DNA of 58,572 nucleotides, the filler included, from Bipalium vagum (taxonomy: Eukaryota): NCBI GenBank assembly GCA_037834085.1. It is 3 parts of 3 records of this genome, joined end to end, with 100 filler letters (N's around TTAATTAATTAA, not from the genome) between each part and the next. Parts side by side here need not be neighbours in the genome. Positions count along the whole stretch, not along the records: positions 38,197 to 58,572 come from JBBMKC010254364.1; 2 more parts are not named here. The stretch is one strand, 5' to 3'. Below are positions 51,482 to 58,572 of the stretch, piece by piece; the stretch's first letter is position 1; each line of letters begins with the position of its first letter. Both the position numbers and the translations under genes were made by a program. Under the pieces are notes generated by a model that was not told where the DNA came from, ran no database searches, and saw only the letters and a list, made by a program, of their open reading frames with translations.

Positions 51482-52376
51482 TTACCCACTTTTAACGGCC
51501 ACTACAATAATTACAGTAATTAAGACTAAAATTATGAATACAATTAAAATTATTAAGAGTTTCTTTTTGTAAAATTTCTCTTTCTGTATAACTGCTTCAT
51601 TTAATTGTTTATTTCCTACATCAACATTATCATATGCTTGTTCAACATTGACTTGAATATTGTTGACCATTTCTCCTTGATCTTGAATCATTTCGGACAT
51701 TTTAATCATCAAACTTTCTAATATTAAAACGTCTTTAGTCAAACCTTCCAACTGATGTTGTTCTTCGAGAACTTGCTTCAATTTCGAATCTTCTAAAGCG
51801 GACATTTGTATAGAAATCCTGGAATCGCCACTTAGTCGATTTACGTTGACATCTAAAACAATTTTTTCACATTTTTATTATTAAAAAAACGAAATAAATA
51901 TTCTACCTTGCATTTCTTGAAATGCAGAAGATGTTTCCAATTTTAATTTATTGAAATCAGATTCCATTTGCTTCTGTATATCTGAGGATAAATGTTGCAC
52001 ATGCTTAACTTGCGCTTGAACACGTTCTGACAAATTTTTTATCTGAGTTTTTTTGGCCACATATTCATAATTATGATTTTCTGGAATTATTCTATTTTAA
52101 ATTAATTTACCTGAAAACAAAAAATATATACTTTAATAAATCATTAATATAATTCGATATTTCATCACAAGAATTGGCCATTTTATTAATCCAATTTGGA
52201 AACCCTTCATAAGATCCATTATTTGACTTTACCCAAATAAATTTTTGGGCCATGTTATCAGTTTCTAGCTTTAGTTTTCTTAAATTGTCTTCAATTAACT
52301 TAACTTTAACCCTCCATTGTAAGTCTGGATCTAGTATATTTTCTTTATGGCATAAATCCGTAGACCAATTTGACAT
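51482..52376 (-). CDS. Divergent syntaxin (Qa-SNARE), 3 exons: 52376-52132, 52091-51907, 51852-51482 (~266 aa)
   Basis: GT-AG introns of 40 and 54 nt give an uninterrupted 801-nt frame. SNARE motif EMIQDQGEMVNNIQVNVEQAYDNVDVGNKQLNEA has the central Q, followed by a basic juxtamembrane stretch and a C-terminal TM helix. Confidence 0.88.
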
Positions 52377-52809
52377 TTTAATAATTGAAATGACTAGACT
52401 TTGTAAAATGTAATTATCACAATTTGGAAGACTTAAATTTTGCAAAACATCTATTTTATATAAAAATATTAAAAGAAAGGAGGATTTAAATACGTTTCTC
52501 AAAAAGTTTGATTTTAATGTTATTAAAACATTATAAAATTATAAAAAATCATATTAAATGCCAGACTGAAATATTTATTAGATTTTCAAAATGAATCAAC
52601 GCTACAAATATACTTTTATTTGAAATAGTAATGTATTGAAAATTGGATAAAAATTTTATGTTTAATGAAATTTTAAAAAAATTTTTAAATTCAGTTTTTT
52701 CATTTTTGTTACTTTTCTTTTTAATTTCTTAATTTCAGAAATCTTACTGTTATTTTTGTTTGAACTTTAAGAAAAAAATTTAAAAAAGAAATTATTATAG
52801 TGAATATAT

Positions 52810-53695
52810 ATTCGGTGTAGCAGGAATTTTTTTTAAAAAATACATATATTTTACTGCATTTACATTATACATATTTCCTATCGTTAGCTATAACATTGGT
52901 CCAAATTTATGATAACGTGAATTGCAAAAGAAATTTTCTTCTTTAGACAAAATCCATTCATCGAGCCAAAATATTATTTCACAATATTTGCGAAAGCGAC
53001 GTTTCGATAGGGCATGTATAATAGCACATAGAAGAAGACACATTTTCGGCCCCACCAGATACATAACAAGGCCTTGAATATTTTAATATTTTTATATTTT
53101 TATATTTTATCAGGATAAACTCATGATTTCTTGCGTTTTGGATTATCAAAATAGATCCATTTTCCATCTCTTATAACAATACGGCGTAGAAATGACTTTC
53201 TTCAGTATCTTTCCATTAAAAATTCACAGGCTGCTTTTCCATATTCCTTTCATTCAATTAATGAGGTATCCATTTTCCTGGGACTTGAATTTTTCCCATA
53301 CAATGTAGTCTATTGGAAATGGTGTGTTGAGACACACCAAGTTTGGTAGAAAGTTGGTCTTAGGTTTGCGTATTATCCTGGGATTATAGGTTTTCTAATT
53401 CTGCATCTTTAAATTTTTTGGTTGACCATCGTTCGCAAGTGTCTGCCGATGGAGCATGATCATCATAAGCTTCTCGAATTTGGACTCAACTTTTTGCATC
53501 GGTTTTCTTTAATTTGAATAATAATAGCATAGAAGGCCGCAAATGTCCTTTCATTGGCTCATTTATTAGCATTTAGATTATTAAATACTTTGAAATTTGA
53601 AAATGTTTTGCCAATTAAAATTTTTCCCTTTGAAAGCTTGATTAAAACAATTATTAAAATGATAGAAAATCGATAAATAGACATATCTAGAGCCA
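52810..53695 (-). mobile_element. Degenerate mariner, 5' end abutting the non-LTR fragment
   Basis: GHLRPSML, REAYDDHAPSADTCERW, GKIQVPGKWIPH*LNERNMEK, GDGKWIYFDNPKRK and KALLCIWW. Confidence 0.85.
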
Positions 53696-53696
53696 A

Positions 53697-55185
53697 ACTT
53701 CAGTATGTCATTGAAGAGGGTCGTTAAGAATGTGTGGAGTTGGTCAATCGCCTTCCAGTCGGCATGTCAGGCCATCTTCACTTGGCGCCGAAGATGAGGT
53801 TCACATCAGTGCTTGGGTAATCTCAGTTGGGTCAATCGGATCCAGGAGTCTATCAAAGGGGTGAGATTTGAGTGCCGGGTGCAAGTGGAGATCAATGGAT
53901 GATGTTCAAGCAGGATGAAAAGGAAGTCGGAGTATAATTTGGCAGCAGCTCAAGGAAGGTCGCTTTGGGGTTAATTTCATACATTCGGCGGAGGTGATTT
54001 GCCGATTGTCCCATGCGGTCCTCATGCAAGAATTCTGGGGATTTGGGTGAGCAGTCAGCAAAGCGTGCTGAAAAGAGTTGTATAGTAGCCCGTTTAGCGT
54101 AAGAAAGGATGTGGTCAAGGTCGAGCTTGGCATCGGTGGTATCAATGAGGGAGAGTCCTTCCTTGAGAATAGGGTGGATTTGTATCGGTATTTTACCATC
54201 CGGGTTGGTGGCGCGGTTGCGGATAATGCCATCAATGATGGTGGAGAGAGAGGATCTCATTTCAGTGATGTTCGGGCAGAAAATGCCTCACCATTGTGTC
54301 GGATATAATTAAGGGCGTATTGGCATATGAAGAACCCACAGTCTGAAGTTGGTCCTTGAAGTAGTAGGCCCGATATCGATCCATCTGTGATAATATTGGT
54401 CTCCAGGATGCAGCAAAAACTTGTTAATAACAAGGTTAAGAGTCTGATGGAATTCACTTTGCTCCCGAGACAGGGTGGATGATGCCGGTCGAGAAGAAAA
54501 GAAGAGTGATCGACAATGAGGAGTATCTAGTCTTAGTTCCCATAAGATGAGCTAGATGAAGATGGACCATTTGGCCATTCGGTGGAAATAGAAGAGTTTA
54601 TAGAAGTCTAGGGCATTCCTCTTCATGAGGGCAATCGCAGGCCCGGGCCTAATAAAGACAATATCGGGTCTTAATTGTGAGTGCGTAATTAGGCCTCGAT
54701 TGCGTGCCCTTCAAGTCAGCTGGAGGTCTTATCCTCCAGACTGACCGGTAGGTCGTCAAGGATAGGAAACGGAGTTTGGGTCGTCATTTTTGTGTGCGTG
54801 ATGACGTGGTGGAAGAAGGTCTCTCTATTGAGAATGAGACCACAGATGCATTTGTACATATGTAATCCGCTCGACTCAATTTTGTTGATCTGCTTAATGT
54901 GATTGTAATGGTTGATACTCTTGCCAAATTTTATGGCGTAAGTACGCGTACAATGGGCAAATTTAAGCAGGTCCACAGAGAGGGCTACCGCAATAACCGG
55001 GACGTCGTCTGCAGCGCTACCAAATAAATTGATGGCGCCGAGATCTACCGTCTGGTTTGGAGAAAGGGAATTCTTCCGACCTCCAGAAGGATGTTTTCAA
55101 ACATGTGAGAAGCTGCCGCATACGGATGTGTGCGGGGGGCAGATGTAGAGATGGGTCTTTCCCGCAGAGACAGGTGAAGCCTTTT
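53697..55185 (-). mobile_element. NeSL-clade-like non-LTR retrotransposon fragment: zinc finger(s) + Ulp1-like cysteine protease + start of RT
   Basis: Sharp GC-rich island. Contains YKCICGLILNRETFFHHVITH, D*ILLIVDH..FLLD and LQGPTSDCGFFICQYAL (protease H-D-Q-C layout), then PIDPTEITQAL..SSAPSEDGL..DWKAID....LTTLFNDIL (pre-RT SAPGPDG motif). It is cut off at that point. Confidence 0.8.
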
Positions 55186-56280
55186 GTATATAAAAATAAA
55201 TAAGTTTATGTATATATACTAATTTCATATAGAATACAATAAGTTTTAAAAATCAAATCGTTTTCTCAGTAATTTTAATAATAATAACTGACACACAATT
55301 AAGTAACCTTCATCGTTAAGACCTAAATCACACTAGGCTCCACTCATTTACATCTCCCTTTTTAGGATCTTAACATTATTATTTAAACAAACTTGATAAA
55401 TTAGGATAATTTTAAAATATTATCTAATTAATTGACTTTTTAAAAAAGAGGTTTTTAGAATTTATTTTGACTTAAAAAGAATTTTGCTTTGACAAATTTC
55501 ATCGTCGTATTGAACATAGTTTAATTAATAAGTAAACATATGGGCAGGAACTGACTAGAGATATAAAAAGTAAACTGTCTCCGGTACAAATTGGAAAGTA
55601 GATTACTTTGATCATTGACTACATAACAGTGTGATGAGTTCTGATGTTTTCCGGTATTGTCATTATTATTTGTGGAAAAATAATTTTGGTGTGTTACTGG
55701 ATAATTTAATTTGCCCAAATGATTAGTTTTGAACTTAACTAAAAAAGTAACGTTGTCGAATACTTAATATCAAATATTAAGGCGTCAATTAAAACAATAA
55801 ATACTGTTTACTTTTATAATTTACCACTTAATCAATTCAATTCTCCAGGAGAATTTATTAATTTTTATAACTTTATAATAATAAATTTTTTCATCTATCA
55901 TTATTTTTAATATCATTGTACAAAATTTTTTAAAGCAATACGAATCCCTTCCAAGTAAAATAATACTGAAAACTTTATTATTTACAATTATTAATTTACA
56001 AACAATTTATATTCTAAGTTTTAAAAATATCATATAGCATATCATGATAGCATAAGAAAAATCATTAGATTTGTTAAATCATTATTACCAATAAAAGGCC
56101 AATGTATCACCACAAAATATTTAGTAGAATAGTTAACATTAAACTATTTGTTTTTATGTAGAATTTCAATGAGTACGCAAATTATTTAAAGACTAAATAT
56201 AATCATGAAACTATACTACTAAACTATTTTCAATCACAATCTTATAAATTATTGATGAAAACATTTAGGTCCATTAAAAA

Positions 56281-56597
<317 letters not shown>

Positions 56598-56912
56598 GAC
56601 AAGAAAAACAAAGAAGGAAATTTTCAAAAATCTAGAACTTTACAACTATTTAACTATTAATTATTTAAAAATAAAATTTACTGGTCAAAAATGTCTTCCT
56701 CTGTTAAATCATCTTTCTATATTATATTATTTTAATTTGTTTTTAAAAAATGTTAAATTATATAAAGAGAAATATTGCTACATTTATAGAATTTCTGCTT
56801 CAAAATTACTTCTGATTTGCACATTAAAAGTTCATAAGTAATGTAAATTATAAATATTTTTGGAGTTTGAAAAAATTATATATTATTCAAAAAATTTATT
56901 ATAAGTATTATA

Positions 56913-57430
56913 TTAGGTGTACAACCATGACTCCGGTTTTTTTTTAAATGATAATAAAAATTTTGTTTGCATATATATCTAAATTATATTGAATTGATTT
57001 ATAAACAAAAATATCATATAATTAATAATATTACGAGACAGTTGTTTTAATATTTCTTGTTTAAATATTATAGCTACTCAAAATGTATAGCTATTCATCC
57101 CAAATAAACGACATTTGCGGGAAGTAATTCTGCAGTACTTTATTGCCAAGAAAACTGCACCGGAAATGTACCTCTTGTTTCGAGATACCTATGGAGAACA
57201 TGCTCCTTCGATGACCACATGTAAAGATTGGTTTTGCCGTTTTAGAAATAGCCAATATGATACGAACGACAAGGAGCATGGGAAGCCACGAAAACAATGT
57301 GAAGATATAGATTTGAGAAGGTTGTTGGACGAACACCCATGCCCAACACAATCTGATCTGGCTGTCGCATTAAATATGACTCAATAATGAATTTTAAAAC
57401 GTCTTGCAGCTTTAGGAATTATTCGAAATT
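56913..57430 (+). mobile_element. 5' part of a Mos1-like mariner with left TIR
   Basis: TA|TTAGGTGTACAACC TIR. Protein FIPNKRHLREVILQYF...TCKDWFCRFRNSQYDTNDKEHGKPRKQCED. Confidence 0.9.
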
Positions 57431-57534
57431 AAGTTATGTAGATTTTTAAAATTTAATAAAAAAGAAATTTCCAGGTCTGAGAAAATTTGTTTAAATATTA
57501 TTTGTTATATCACTTAATAAAATATATTCAAAAA

Positions 57535-58440
57535 ATGTCTTCTAATTCTGACTACAAACCAATTGATATTAACATGGCAGCCATCACCGACTTGGATCCG
57601 ATCACTGAACGTCTTCAACCAAAAACGTTCTCTAAGGGTGACGATGTTGAAAAGTTCATTGCGTAGTGCATAAGGTACTTCACGGTGAAAGAGACACCAG
57701 TGAAAAGAAGGGAAACATTGATCTATTGTCTATTAGACTTAGATTTAGTAGAGAAGTAAGAAAGCACGGCCAGAAAAGTTAGTGGATTCGAAAGAAGATT
57801 ACGATTTGCCTTTTCCAAACCAAAAGATATGAAGGGTGACTTGGAAAAGTTAATCAACTATCGTAGAGGAGCAGATAGTGTGGAAAATTTTCTGGAGAAC
57901 GTCCATAAGATGATGGAAAATGTTTTGTCACATGAAATGATAAAGGAAAGCCTTTTGAAAAAAGCGCTAATGAGATGTTAAAACGATCCAGAAATTGAGA
58001 AGGAGATCGAACTGAGAAAGTTAGAAAGTATTGAAGAAATGGAAGATCTAATTAAATTAATGGATGGAATTCGACAGAAACAGTCTGATCATGTCAATTC
58101 CACCAGGACCTACAGGGACGTAGCGAGGAACGGTAGATATCAAAATGTACGGAGACAGGAAGCAAGATATAAGATTAGACCTGTTGTAGAGCAAGTCAGA
58201 CCAGAATCACATGTTATTAGACCGTTTGCAAGAATGGCAAACGATTGCCCAACAAGAAGACAAATAGACGTGTAAAAAAGTTGGACATATAAGCCAAGAC
58301 TGTCCCGAGAAGAGAATTCCTATATGTTTTGGATGTGGAAAAGCAGGACAGAAAAATTGTACAGTTTACAAATGTCAAAGGTGTGGAAGAAATGGTCACC
58401 AAGCCTCGGAGTGCTACACAAATCTACAGTGCACGTAAAA
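57535..58440 (+). mobile_element. LTR-retrotransposon (Ty3/Gypsy-like) gag pseudogene with several zinc knuckles
   Basis: Long frame from ATG 57535 with a few stops. Knuckles CKKVGHISQDC, CFGCGKAGQ..C and a perfect CQRCGRNGHQASEC (CX2CX4HX4C). Confidence 0.8.
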
Positions 58441-58572
58441 AGTCTGTTCACTCCCTATCAAAAATACTAATTTTGATATATACATGGTTGGGCTAATAAG
58501 TCCTTAGAATGAAGCCGAAAAAATATTTATATTTCAATAAAATTTGGCATGATTAATTCTCACTATTTATAG

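Noticed and set aside
55040-55190. Possible HDV-like ribozyme at the 5' end of the non-LTR element
   Set aside because: The region reads as more decayed Cys/His-containing coding sequence, and I could not build the nested double pseudoknot.
55521-55718. Possible Sola/piggyBac transposase scrap or C/D snoRNA (GTGATGA..CTGA)
   Set aside because: The motifs are weak, and the C and D boxes are only 3 nt apart.

Overview
Very AT-rich animal genomic DNA. It is not prokaryotic: it has spliceosomal introns, a U1A protein and a Piccolo-type C2 domain. Two artificial 100-nt spacers (44N-TTAATTAATTAA-44N at 21724-21823 and 38097-38196) split the window into three contigs, so linkage across them is unproven. 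Four host genes are supportable. (1) A partial minus-strand Piccolo/RIM-family C2A-domain gene with 4 exons, one 50-nt intron and two TE-filled introns of 7.3 and 3.5 kb. (2) An intronless U1A/SNF snRNP protein. (3) A divergent 3-exon Qa-SNARE syntaxin. (4) Dynein light chain LC8. Most of the rest is decayed transposable elements: more than 15 mariner remnants from several subfamilies, Tc1/IS630 deletion derivatives and MITEs (one nested in another's TIR), solo-LTR-like repeats, Ty3/Gypsy gag and pol remnants, a GC-rich NeSL-like non-LTR fragment (zinc finger, Ulp1-like protease, start of RT), and three dispersed pieces of a Polinton/adintovirus-type protein-primed DNA polymerase B gene. I cannot demonstrate an intact novel system. 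The best leads are the zinc-finger-fused pPolB family with an AGTAGT...ACTACT inverted repeat upstream of its start, the protease-bearing non-LTR element, a possible 41-aa two-exon micro-gene, and several isolated hairpins. Boundaries of decayed elements are approximate, and family assignments come from motif recognition by eye, not database searches.
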